Shown here piece after piece: positions 23,248 to 33,889 of a stretch of 64,000 bases of DNA. The stretch comes from Rebecca billardiae RCC1528. Taxonomy: Eukaryota > Protista > Haptophyta. The notes beneath the pieces were generated by a model that saw only the letters and a program-made list of their open reading frames with translations, had not been told where the DNA came from and did not search any database. A program made the position numbers and the translations under genes. Location of the stretch: assembly GCA_965240325.2 (NCBI GenBank), contig OZ251228.1, positions 620,001-684,000 of the forward strand, written 5' to 3'. Numbering within the stretch: the stretch's first letter is position 1; every line of letters starts with the position of its first letter.

Positions 23248-26200
23248 TCATGATGTCGTTAGCCGCCACGCCTCAAGGCTGTGATCGTGGAACCACATGC
23301 GCTCGGGCCTGCCTTCGTCGAGACCGTAGTCGTCGTCTCGCATCAGTCGCACCCAGTGCGCCTTCTGCCCGACCTCGCCCACCGCCGACCCAAGCACCAC
23401 CGCTCGACACGCATGTGCGGGCCTCTCCGCGGCAGTGCCGCGCCCGCTCCAGACGCATGATGGAATCTGCACCTCGGCGCCAGAGATCTCGACTGGCTCT
23501 GCTGCTGGCGCAGCTGCTGGCGCAGCAGCTGGCGCGCGATCAAGCACGGCCGCGCCGGCGCCGATCGACCGAGCCATCGCGCCCGTCGAGAGCATCGCCG
23601 AATCGCTCAGTCCACGCTGCAAGCCGTCTCCTGGGATGCCCTCCGAGGCAGTTGCTCGAGGCCCACTCGTCGCGTCGGCAGTCCGCCTGGCATCTGCTGC
23701 CCAGCCGTCAGCACCCGCCTGCTCGAGCTCGAGCTCGTACGCAGCGGGCAGCGAGGGCTCGGGCTCGGCCTCCACAGCCTCGGCCTCGTCCACTGCCGCC
23801 TGCTCGAGCTCGAGCTCGTACGCAGCGGGCAGCGAGGGCTCTGGCTCGGCCTCCGCAGCCTCGGCCTCGTCCACTGCCGCCTGCTCGAGCTCGAGCTCGT
23901 ACGCAGCGGGCAGCGAGGGCTCGGGCTCGGCCTCCGCAGCCTCGGCCTCGTCCGCTGCCGCCTGCTCGAGCTCGAGCTCGTACGCAGCGGGCAGCGAGGG
24001 CTCGGGCTCGGACTCCGCAGCCTCGGCCTCGTCCGCTGCCGCCTGCTCGAGCTCGAGCTCGTACGCAGCGGGCAGCGAGGGCTCGGGCACAGCAGCCGGT
24101 GTGGGCGCAGCATCCGATGACTCGGCCTCGTCCGGCTGCGCCGCCGAGGTGGCGGCTGCCGGTGCTGCCGGCGCGTTCCACACTCGGCTCGCCTGCAGCC
24201 GGTGTGCCGAGTAGGACGCCCAGCGCGCGGCGATCAGCCCAGGGTCGACGAGGTGCGCTGGCAGCCGCACACGGTCGTCCTCGCCCTCCGACGGGCTCAA
24301 CTCGACGTGCACGTCCTCCGGCAGCTGCGAGTCCCAATCACGCCCGTGCTGCTCGCGGAACATTTGGAACGCCTTCCAGCGCGAGTCGATGAGCGACGGG
24401 TCGGTGAGCTGCCACGCGGAGAGGCTGACGAGGTCTGCAACGGCGCCATCGCTCGTAGCGGACTGTGCTGAGCCAGAGGGCTGCGGCTGCACAGCAACGC
24501 TGTCAGGGCTTGGAGAGTCAGCCGTGAGGACCTCGGCCTCATCCGCTGCAGCAGCGGGGGCTGCTGCTGCCGGTGCTGCCGGCGCGTTCCACACTCGGCT
24601 CGCCTGCAGCCGGTGTGCCGAGTAGGACGCCCAGCGCGCGGCGGCCAGACCCGGGTCACGGAGCTGCGCCGGCAGTGTGTCAATGCCAGCAATCTCCTGG
24701 ACGAGTGGCGCCGGCATCGGCCGCCACACGGCAGAGGCCGAGTCCCACAGGCGGGACGCCTGCACGCCGTGCGCCTCCCGCACCATGGTAGCAGGTTTGG
24801 CACCGGTGATCGAGGTCGAGCGCCAAAGAGCTGGCGGCAGCGTGGAGGGGGTCTCAGCATTGGACCCGGCCTCGTCCGCTGCCACCTGCTCGAGCTCGAG
24901 CTCGTACGCAGCGGGCAGCGAGGGCTCGGGCTCGGACTCCGCAGCCTCGGCCTCGTCCGCTGCCGCCTGCTCGAGCTCGAGCTCGTACGCAGCGGGCAGC
25001 GAGGGCTCCTGCGAGGGCTTGGCGGTCTCCATGGAAGCTGCCTGGTCTGCTGATGCCTGCTCGAGCTCGAGCAAGTATGCAGCGGGCAGCGAGCGCTCAG
25101 CAGCCGGTGTGGGCTTGGGCATGTCTGCAGACGCCTTCTCGAGCTCGAGCAGGTACGCTGTGGGCAACGAGGGCTCGGGTGAGGGCTCGAGCTCAGCAGC
25201 CTCCGAGGACTCGGCCTCGTCGGCTGCCGCTGGCATCGGCCGCCACACGGCCGATGCAGAGTCCCACAGGCGGGACGCCTGCAGGCCGTGCGCCTCCCGC
25301 ACCATGGTAGCAGGTTTGGCACCGGTGAGCTTCGAGGTCGAGCGCCAGGGAGCTGGCGGCAGCGTGGAGGGTGTCTCAGCATTGGGCTCGGGCTCGTCGG
25401 CTGCCGCCAGCTCGAGCTCGAGCTCGTACGCAGCGGGCAGCGAGGGCTCTGGCTCGGACTCCACAGCCTCAGCCTCGTCCGCTGCCGCCTGCTCGAGCTC
25501 GAGCTCGTACGCAGCGGGCAATGAGGGTTCCTGCCAGGGCTCGGCAGTCTCGACCGAAGCTGCCTGGTCTGCTGATGCCCGCTCGAGCTCGAGCAAGTAT
25601 GCAGCGGGCAGCGAGCGCTCAGCAGCCGGTGTGGGCTTGGGCATGTCTGCAGACGCCTTCTCGAGCTCGAGCAGGTACGCTGTGGGCAACGAGGGCTCGG
25701 GTGAGGGCTCGGGCTCAGCAGCCTCCGAGGACTCGGCCTCGTCCGCTGCCGCCTGCTCGAGCTCGAGCTCGTACGCAGCGGGTAGCGAGGGCTCGGGCTC
25801 GGCCTCCGCAGCCTCGGCCTCGTCCGCTGCCGCCAGCTCGAGCTCGAGCTCGTACGCAGCGGGCAGCGAGGGCTCGGGCTCGGCCTCCGCAGCCTCTGCC
25901 TCGTCCGCTGCCGCCTGCTCGAGCTCGAGCTCGTACGCAGCGGGCAATGAGGGTTCCTGCCAGGGCTCGGCAGTCTCGACCGAAGCTGCCTGGTCTGCTG
26001 ATGCCCGCTCGAGCTCGAGCAAGTATGCAGCGGGCAGCGAGCGCTCAGCAGCCGGTGTGGGCTTGGGCATGTCTGCAGACGCCTTCTCGAGCTCGAGCAG
26101 GTACGCTGTGGGCAACGAGGGCTCGGGTGAGGGCTCGGGCTCAGCAGCCTCCGAGGACTCGGCCTCGTCCGCTGCCGCCTGCTCGAGCTCGAGCTCGTAC

Positions 26201-28215
26201 GCAGCGGGCAGCGAGGGCTCGGGCTCGGCCTCCGCAGCCTCGGCCTCGTCCGCTGCCGCCAGCTCGAGCTCGAGCTCGTACGCAGCGGGCAGCGAGGGCT
26301 CGGGCTCGGCCTCCGCAGCCTCGGCCTCGTCCGCTGCCGCCTGCTCGAGCTCGAGCTCGTACGCAGCGGGTAGCGAGGGCTCGGGCTCGGACTCCGCAGC
26401 CTCTGCCTCGTCCGCTGCCGCCTGCTCGAGCTCGAGCTCGTACGCAGCGGGTAGCGAGGGCTCGGGCTCGGACTCCGCAGCCTCTGCCTCGTCCGCTGCC
26501 GCCAGCTCGAGCTCGAGCTCGTACGCAGCGGGTAGCGAGGGCTCGGGCTCGGACTCCGCAGCCTCGGCCTCGTCCGCTGCCGCCTGCTCGAGCTCGAGCT
26601 CGTACGCAGCGGGCAGCGAGGGCTCGGGCTCGGCCTCCGCAGCCTCTGCCTCGTCCGCTGCCGCCTGCTCGAGCTCGAGCTCGTACGCAGTGGGCAGCGA
26701 GGGCTCTGGCTCGGACTCCGCAGCCTCGGCCTCGTCCGCTGCCGCCTGCTCGAGCTCGAGCTCGTACGCAGCGGGCAGCGAGGGCTCGGGCTCGGCCTCC
26801 GCAGCCTCTGCCTCGTCCGCTGCCGCCTGCTCGAGCTCGAGCTCGTACGCAGTGGGCAGCGAGGGCTCGGGCTCGGACTCCGCAGCCTCGGCCTCGTCCG
26901 CTGCCGCCTGCTCGAGCTCGAGCTCGTACGCAGCGGGCAGCGAGGGCTCGGGCTCGGCCTCCGCAGCCTCGGCCTCGTCCGCTGCCGCCTGCTCGAGCTC
27001 GAGCTCGTACGCAGCGGGCAGCGAGGGCTCTGGCTCGGACTCCACAGCCTCGGCCTCGTCCGCTGCCGCCTGCTCGAGCTCGAGCTCGTACGCAGCGGGC
27101 AGCGAGGGCTCGGGCTCGGCCTCCGCAGCCTCGTCCACTGCCGCCTGCTCGAGCTCGAGCTCGTACGCAGCGGGCAGCGAGGGCTCGGGCTCAGACTCCG
27201 CAGCCTCGGCCTCGCCAGCTGCCGCCTGCTCGAGCTCGAGCTCGTACGCAGCGGCCAGGGAGGGCTCGGGCTCAGACTCCGCAGCCTCGGCCTCGTCCGC
27301 TGCCGCCTGCTCGAGCTCGAGCTCGTACGCAGCGGGCAGCGAGGGCTCGGGCTCGGACTCCGCAGCCTCGGCCTCGTCCGCTGCCGCCTGCTCGAGCTCG
27401 AGCTCGTACGCAGCGGCCAGGGAGGGCTCTGGCTCGGCCTCCGCAGCCTCGGCCTCGTCCGCTGCCGCCTGCTCGAGCTCGAGCTCGTACGCAGCGGGCA
27501 GCGAGGGCTCGGGCTCGGACTCCGCAGCCTCGGCCTCGTCCGCTGCCGCCTGCTCGAGCTCGAGCTCGTACGCAGCGGGCAGCGAGGGCTCGGGCTCGGT
27601 AGCAACAGACCCGTCGGTGTTGGGCTTCTCGATGCGCGCGCCAGCCGTTGATGAGGTTGCTGCGCCGCCCTGTGCCACAGCAGTCGCGCTGCGCCACGGC
27701 AGCACGTCTGCAAGCCAGCGCGCCTGGCTGCGCGCACGTGGTGGCGCATTGCCGCCGTCCTCGCTGAGCCACATGCCTGCGCCCAGACCGACGCCAGCAC
27801 CTGCGCCGAGTATCATCTGCTCGCGAGCCGTCGGCCGCTGCGCGGCAAAGTCTGCCGCGCCATCGGTGACGCGCTGTGCCCTACTGGCTGCTTGCGAGAT
27901 GGCCACCCTCGCACTCACTAATTCCTCGGCAGGCGTTCCGACCGTGCGCGGGATTCGCGTGGACACGAACGGCGTGAGAGTGGCGGCATCATCAGCGGCC
28001 GCGTGCGCCGGCTTGTCGCCAAAAATCGCCGCCGCCGCCACGCCGAGCATGAGCTCGCGCCGGCTGATCGGATGCGCCGACGTGGCATCCGCCTGCACGC
28101 GCCGGGAGTGTGCCGGGCGCGGGCCGTAGCGCAGAGCGCTGGCCGGGCACGCAAGCACGACGATAGTGACAACGGCGACGCGAACACGAGCGGCGACGGT
28201 CACGCGAGGCGTCAT
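23248..28215 (-). CDS. Plastid/thylakoid-targeted Glu/Ala/Pro-rich repeat protein, ~1655 aa, function unknown
   Basis: Start chosen at MTPRVTVAARVRVAVVTIVVLACPASA (signal peptide), then a basic transit-like stretch, then SRRELMLGVAAAAIFGDKPAHA (twin-Arg lumenal signal), hydrophobic MILGAGAGVGLGAGMWL, and ~36 SLPAAY(E/L)LELE repeats. The longer track ORF upstream is the antisense shadow of dapL. Confidence 0.8.
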   Translation of the reverse strand: MTPRVTVAARVRVAVVTIVVLACPASALRYGPRPAHSRRVQADATSAHPISRRELMLGVAAAAIFGDKPAHAAADDAATLTPFVSTRIPRTVGTPAEELVSARVAISQAASRAQRVTDGAADFAAQRPTAREQMILGAGAGVGLGAGMWLSEDGGNAPPRARSQARWLADVLPWRSATAVAQGGAATSSTAGARIEKPNTDGSVATEPEPSLPAAYELELEQAAADEAEAAESEPEPSLPAAYELELEQAAADEAEAAEAEPEPSLAAAYELELEQAAADEAEAAESEPEPSLPAAYELELEQAAADEAEAAESEPEPSLAAAYELELEQAAAGEAEAAESEPEPSLPAAYELELEQAAVDEAAEAEPEPSLPAAYELELEQAAADEAEAVESEPEPSLPAAYELELEQAAADEAEAAEAEPEPSLPAAYELELEQAAADEAEAAESEPEPSLPTAYELELEQAAADEAEAAEAEPEPSLPAAYELELEQAAADEAEAAESEPEPSLPTAYELELEQAAADEAEAAEAEPEPSLPAAYELELEQAAADEAEAAESEPEPSLPAAYELELELAAADEAEAAESEPEPSLPAAYELELEQAAADEAEAAESEPEPSLPAAYELELEQAAADEAEAAEAEPEPSLPAAYELELELAAADEAEAAEAEPEPSLPAAYELELEQAAADEAESSEAAEPEPSPEPSLPTAYLLELEKASADMPKPTPAAERSLPAAYLLELERASADQAASVETAEPWQEPSLPAAYELELEQAAADEAEAAEAEPEPSLPAAYELELELAAADEAEAAEAEPEPSLPAAYELELEQAAADEAESSEAAEPEPSPEPSLPTAYLLELEKASADMPKPTPAAERSLPAAYLLELERASADQAASVETAEPWQEPSLPAAYELELEQAAADEAEAVESEPEPSLPAAYELELELAAADEPEPNAETPSTLPPAPWRSTSKLTGAKPATMVREAHGLQASRLWDSASAVWRPMPAAADEAESSEAAELEPSPEPSLPTAYLLELEKASADMPKPTPAAERSLPAAYLLELEQASADQAASMETAKPSQEPSLPAAYELELEQAAADEAEAAESEPEPSLPAAYELELEQVAADEAGSNAETPSTLPPALWRSTSITGAKPATMVREAHGVQASRLWDSASAVWRPMPAPLVQEIAGIDTLPAQLRDPGLAAARWASYSAHRLQASRVWNAPAAPAAAAPAAAADEAEVLTADSPSPDSVAVQPQPSGSAQSATSDGAVADLVSLSAWQLTDPSLIDSRWKAFQMFREQHGRDWDSQLPEDVHVELSPSEGEDDRVRLPAHLVDPGLIAARWASYSAHRLQASRVWNAPAAPAAATSAAQPDEAESSDAAPTPAAVPEPSLPAAYELELEQAAADEAEAAESEPEPSLPAAYELELEQAAADEAEAAEAEPEPSLPAAYELELEQAAVDEAEAAEAEPEPSLPAAYELELEQAAVDEAEAVEAEPEPSLPAAYELELEQAGADGWAADARRTADATSGPRATASEGIPGDGLQRGLSDSAMLSTGAMARSIGAGAAVLDRAPAAAPAAAPAAEPVEISGAEVQIPSCVWSGRGTAAERPAHACRAVVLGSAVGEVGQKAHWVRLMRDDDYGLDEGRPERMWFHDHSLEAWRLTTS
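23720..27598 (-). repeat. Coding tandem repeat, 81-bp (27-aa) unit with a 426-bp higher-order unit
   Basis: GTACGCAGCGGGC at 23737 and 23818 (period 81); ATGAGGGTTCC at 25521 and 25947 (period 426). Confidence 0.95.
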
Positions 28216-28447
28216 CGATGCTCGGAGAGGGTGCGGCGGGGGTGTTGGCGTGTGTTGACCGGGCGATCGCTCTCGATTGTGATGCTGACGCGTCCGCCTG
28301 CCACGCACACGCGCGCGCGGGTTGCGGAGAAGGCGGGCGGAGGGCCATTGTCCGGTGAGCAACTCCAGCGCCCGGATTCGCCGGGCGTGAAACGCGGGCT
28401 CGATCGGCGTCTTCGTGGCCGCATCGCACGCGTCATCAGCGCGACCC

Positions 28448-29850
28448 ATGGCAGGCGGCGGCATGCTTTCCGTCTTCGTGGCCGCGGCGGCTTTGGGCGC
28501 GACGACGGCGTCGGCGGTGACGTCGCGCGTGCAGCGCAACCCCAACATGGCCAAGCTGCAGGCTGGGTGCGCCGCTCGCGCCGACCTCGACGGCCGCGCG
28601 CACGCGCCGCGCGCGCACGTCGAGCGCGGACTGACCGTGCCTTCGCGACCGACCACCGCACGTCCGCCAGGTACCTCTTCCCCGAGATCGCGCGGCGGCG
28701 CAACGCGTTCCTCGAGGCGAACCCTGGGGCGAACATCATCAGCCTCGGCATCGGCGACACCACGCAGCCCATCCCGAAGCACATCCTCGCCGGGCTGCAG
28801 GCGGGCTCGAGCAAGCTCGGCACCAAGGAGGGCTACTCCGGGTACGGCGCAGAGCAGGGCGTGGGCGACTTGCGCGCGAAGATCGCGACGAAGCTGTACA
28901 ACGGGCTGATCAAGCCGGAGGAGGTCTTCGTCTCCGACGGCGCCAAGTGCGACATCGGCCGGCTGCAGCTCATGTTTGGGCAGGAGGTGACGTCGGCCGT
29001 GCAGGACCCGTCGTATCCCGTCTACGTCGACACGTCGGTAATGATGGGGCAGACGGGCGTCGTCGACTCGTCGACGCCGGCTGGGCAGTACCCGGGGATC
29101 GTGTACATGGCGTGCAACCCGTCGAACGACTTCTTCCCCGACCTCGACAGCCTGCAGCGCACCGACGTCATCTACTTCTGCTCGCCCAACAACCCGACCG
29201 GCGCGGCCGCGACCAAGGAGCAGCTCGAGCGGCTTGTCAAGTTCGCAAAGGCGAACGGCTCGATCCTCGTCTTTGACGCCGCGTACGCGCCGTTCATCCG
29301 CGACGCGTCGCTGCCCAAGTCGATCTACGAGATCGAGGGCGCGCGCGAGGTCGCGATCGAGGTCAACTCCTTCTCCAAGTACGCGGGCTTCACCGGCGTG
29401 CGGCTCGGCTGGACCATCGTGCCGGACGAGCTCAAGTACGCGGACGGCACGCCGGTGCGCAACGACTTCAACCGCGTGATGTGCACGGTCTTCAACGGCG
29501 CGTCGAACATCGTGCAGAGCGGCGGGCTCGCGTGCCTCGACGACGAGGGGCTCGCGGAGATCCAGGCGCTGATCGAGTACTACCTCGGCAACGCCAAGAT
29601 CCTGCGCGACGCGATGACGGAGCTCGGCTACTCCGTGCACGGCGGCACTGACTCGCCGTACGTCTTTGTCGACCTCGAGGGCAAGAGCTCGTGGGACATG
29701 TTCTCCGAGATCATGGAGAAGGCGCAGGTGATCACCATCCCCGGCGCCGGCTTCGGCCCCGGCGGCGAGGGCTTCCTCCGCCTCTCGGCGTTCGCACCGC
29801 GCGATTCGTGCATCGAGGCCGCCGCGCGCTTGAAGAAGATGCTCGGCTAA
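28448..29850 (+). CDS. dapL: LL-diaminopimelate aminotransferase, plastid-targeted; 2 exons (intron 28567-28670), ~432 aa
   Basis: RNPNMAKLQAGYLFPEI, IISLGIGDTTQP, GYSGYGAEQG, FVSDGAKCDI, FCSPNNPTG, SFSKYAGFTGVRLGW (PLP lysine); N-terminal signal MLSVFVAAAALGA. Start could be ATG 28463. Confidence 0.96.
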
Positions 29851-30102
29851 ATGTGCCCGCGCGGGGGCAGCTGATCAGCCCGCGGCTGTGCGGCTGCGGG
29901 GCAGCACATTCAGCCGAGCGGATGATTGGACCGAGTGGGATATCAACTCGCGCGGTGCTGGCCGGCGGGCACGCGTGCCCGACCACCGGCCCGGGGCAGA
30001 TAGTCTATGCTGGTGACGATACTACTAGTAGTGCCGACTCCCCGACGAACTTCCTCGTCGAATGAGAAGCGTGCAAGGTTCGCGTGTGCAAGTGCACGGG
30101 TC

Positions 30103-30114
30103 AAAAGAGAAAAA
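30103..30114 (-). terminator. Pol III oligo-T terminator of the tRNA
   Basis: TTTTTCTCTTTT on the minus strand 5 nt after the tRNA 3' end. Confidence 0.75.
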
Positions 30115-30119
30115 CGGGT

Positions 30120-30202
30120 TTCCGACGCTGGGGTTCGAACCCAGGACTCCCGGTTATCCCCAACTTAGGAGACCGATACTCTATCCACTGAGCTACGCCG
30201 GA
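30120..30202 (-). tRNA. tRNA-Arg(CCT) with 10-nt intron at 37/38 (30156-30165)
   Basis: TCCGGCG/CGTCGGA acceptor stem, GCTC-AGTGGATA-GAGT D arm, TCGGT-CTCCTA[AGTTGGGGAT]A-ACCGG anticodon arm, CTGGG-TTCGAAC-CCCAG T arm; 73 nt after splicing. Confidence 0.93.
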
Positions 30203-30692
30203 ATCATCGAATCGAGTAATTTCACTGGTATAACAACATCAGTGTTTGTGATGAAACTCTCTGACTCATTCTATGATTTAACGACACAGGTAGGACGGCG
30301 CAGGTCTCCTGATTCGTCGTCGGCAGTGCCCGATCGTCGACACGAAGTCGGCGCTGGTGGCAGAGCATAGCCTGAACCGCGACTCTCTCATCTCTCTTAC
30401 CTCATATTTTTTTCTAAAAAAATAATGCGCTCGGCCCGCACCGCGCATGGCCGGTCGTCAGCGGAGTCGTGGCTCCAACCAACGGCCGCGATGCAGCCCG
30501 GCGGATGTCAGTGTGTCACATTGCCCTGGCGGCGGCCTGCCTCGCCCCGCAGCTTCACTCGAGTGGACTTACGCGCATGTAGTAGGAAACTTCTTATACT
30601 ACTCACTCAGCGACGGTACCGTCGTAGACACTCGCACACGGCGGCGGTCGCGGTCGTCTGCGCGAGCAGCGCCGGATGCGCCACGACTACAT

Positions 30693-33600
30693 TCACCAGA
30701 ACGGGCACCAGCCAATGTAGCACTGGCACAGGTTCTCCTTGTTCGTCGCCGCCTCGATGAGCCGGTCAATCTGCGTGGGCACGTCGAGCGGCGGCGCGCT
30801 CGTGCCCGTGCGCGCCTCCTCGTCGGCGCCGCCCGCCGCCGCCGCGGCCGCGCCGAGCGGCGCGTGCGGTGGCGGCGCGAAGTCGCGGCCGGTGAGCTTG
30901 GCGTGCACGCGGCGGATCACCGACAGCGCCTTCTCGTTGATCCGCTCGGCCGGCACCTCGGTCGCCGGGTAGTGTCGGCGCGACGCGCTCACGACCGACG
31001 CGGACGCGAGCACGGATCGCGCGTGTGGGTCGTCCATGGCCGAGGCGCGCGCGCGGCCGTGGCACGCGCGGCTCGCGCTCATCGCGTGCGGCGGCGTGGG
31101 CCCGGAGCCGCCCCCCGGCGCGCCGTCCGCGTCCTCCTCGCCCTCCTCCAGCAGCGCCTCCTCCTCGAGCAAAGCCTCCACCTCCGAGCCGAGCGAGCGG
31201 CCGCCGTCGGTCGCCGAGCCGTCGGCGGCGGGCACGCTGCTCGACTCTGCCTGCGCGTTCACAAGGCGCCTGGGCGCGCGGCGGTGCGCGCGCGGCGCGC
31301 GCGGCGGTGCGCGTGAGCGGCCGCGTGCGCGCGATGCCGCCCGCTCGCTTGCCCCCGCGTGCGCGCGCCCCCGCGTGCGTGACCGCGCGCGTGCGCGCGT
31401 GTACGCGCGCGTGTGCGCGCGTGTGCGCGCGCGCACCAGTTGATCAGCGGGTCGTGCACGAACGCCTCGAGCATCGCGAGCACCGAGTCTCGCTGGCGGC
31501 GCAGCACCGCCATCACGGCCTCGCACGTCGCGCGGAAGTTGCCGTCGATCCCGCCCACCTCCATCGCGGCGGTGAGCATCCGCGTCAGCCGGAACGGGAT
31601 CTTCTCCGGAAACTTGTCGCGGTGCATGGCGACCTCGAAGCAGTCGCCAAAGTCGATGTGCACGACCGCGCCCGTCACGCGGTGGAGCATCAGGTTGGAC
31701 GGGTGGCGGTCGCCCAGCCCGAGCACATAGCCCACCACGCTCATCGCCGCGAGCGAGCGCGTGAACGTCGTGCGCCGCGCGAGCCATTCCTCGGAGGAGG
31801 CGGACTTGAGCCAGAGCACGCGCTGCAGGTCGTGGCCGGTCGTCTGCTCGAGCGCGTACGAGAAGGTCTCGACCTTTTGGATCAGCGTGCACTGCTCGTA
31901 GTCCGGCGCCATCTGCAGCATCAGCCGGTGCTCGATGTTGAGCAGCACGCTGCGCTGCTCGCGGTAGTCGCGGATCAGCCGGTGCAGCGTGTCGCAGTGC
32001 AGCGCCCAGCCAATCAGCCCCGAGTTGGGTGAGAGCGGCACCACCGCGTAGCGCTGCACGGACAGGGAGCGGCCGGCGGCGCCCGCGCGCGCGGGCGCGC
32101 CGCCGCCCGCCTCGCCGCCGGGCTGCGCGGTCTGCTGCGCGAGCAGCGTGTTCACCAGCCCGAGCAGCTGCATCACGCGCTCGTCCTGCCGCAGGTCCTG
32201 TGCACGCGCGGCGCGACAAGGCGGACCATGATGATCATTCATATCGCGAATTGAAGCAGGGGCGTGCGCGCACGGAGGCGCGGTGCGGCGGGCGGCGGCG
32301 GCGCGGAGCGGCGGGCGCGGGCGTGGCGACGAGGGTCGGACGCGGGCGCGGGAGCCGGCGCAAGCGCGGCGGTGTGAGCGTGGTTGCGGGCGGGCCCCGG
32401 GGCGCGGCGGCGAGCGCGGCGCGCGTCGCGGGCGCGCGGCGCGCGGCACGGCCCGAGCGCGGCCGCGCGCGTCGGTGGCGCCCTGCCCAAGCCCCCTCCC
32501 CTGGCGGCCGCGCGGCCGCGCGCACGCGCACCTCGTGCCCCTTGAGCAGGAACGAGTAGCACCGGCCGTCGTCGCCCACAATCTCCAGACGCCTCGGCCG
32601 CTGCTTGGACGCGATCACGACGAGCGTCGGCCGAAAGCTTCGGATTCGAACCACCGGCTGGCCCGCGCGATAGGTGCCTGCGCGCGACCGCGCGCGCAGG
32701 GCGCGGGGCCGTGCGTGGGCGCACCGCGCCACCGCCGCCGCCGCGCGCGGGTGGCTCGGGCGAGGGTGCGCGCGCGCGCTGCGCGCTGCGCGTACCGGGC
32801 ACGGCCACCTCCAGGTTGCGCGCCGCGTGCAGGTGGGGCGAGACGTGCGCGAGCTCGAGCGCTGAGAGTCGGCCGAGCTGCCGGTGGATCCGCTGCAGCA
32901 CCTGCTCGGCGCGAGTGCGGTGCGCACGCCCCGAGCGCGCGCGCGCGCGCGGTGCGCACATGTCAGACGGTGTCGGCTGTTGGGATGCAAGAGGGTCGCG
33001 CGCGGCTGCGCTCGTGACAGGTGCACCTTGTAATAGCCGTCCCATGCAATTTCGAGGCACTTGTCCCCGCCGCCGGCCTCCCACTTGGCGCACCAGCCGA
33101 GCGCGTCCTGCAGCTCGGCGCCGTACTGCGCGTGGAACTGCGCCTCGCGCGCCGTCTCCGGCCCGCGCGCCATCAGCGCGTGCACCGGCCGCAGCGCCTG
33201 CAGCATCGCGCGCGAGTTTTTAGCGCGGAAGTAGAGCCGACTCGCCTCTTCGAGAGCCTCGTGCCACAGCTCGGGCAGCAGGATCGAGGCGCGGATCAGC
33301 TCGTTGCTCACCATCGCCGCGTGCTCGACGAGCGTGTCATAGCGCTCGCGCATCGCCTGCGCCGCCCGCGCCGCGCGCGGGGCAGGGCGGCGGCTGAGCG
33401 CGCCGCGCGCGCGCCACGCGCCAAGGCGCGCGCGCAACGCGCGCTCACCCGAAGCACGCTCTCCGCGGCCGCGCGGCGCGCGCCGCTGAGGTGCTCGGAG
33501 GCGGCGACGGTGAGCGGGTAGATGAAGGCCTGCGGGTGCTCGAGCGCCAGCCGCGAGAGCAGCTCCTGCAGCCCGCGCCGCACCGCCTCGTCGGCCGTGC

Positions 33601-33844
33601 CCAGCTTGGCGATCAGCTGCGGGATCACCCCAAGCCACGTCGTGACGGCGAGAGACGCAACGCCCGAGCGCACGGCCGCTTGCACATCAGCATGGCCGCC
33701 GTGCCGGAACCAGAGCGTGAGCAGCCGGAGCAGGTCCTGCAGCCGAGAGTCCCCGCCCAGCGCGATCGAGCGGAAGAAGCCGCACACTGCCGGCACGACG
33801 AACGGCGAGAGAGACCCGCCGGACCACGAAACCTCCTCCGCCTC

Positions 33845-33889
<45 letters not shown>

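Noticed and set aside
24297-28129. 1150-aa Ser/Ala ORF on + and 1167-aa Arg/Ser ORF on -
   Set aside because: Shadow frames of the stop-free 81-bp repeat; only the Glu-rich frame has a coherent targeting leader.
28216-29640. N-terminal 475 aa of the 2130-aa track ORF
   Set aside because: Antisense shadow of dapL and the intergenic region.
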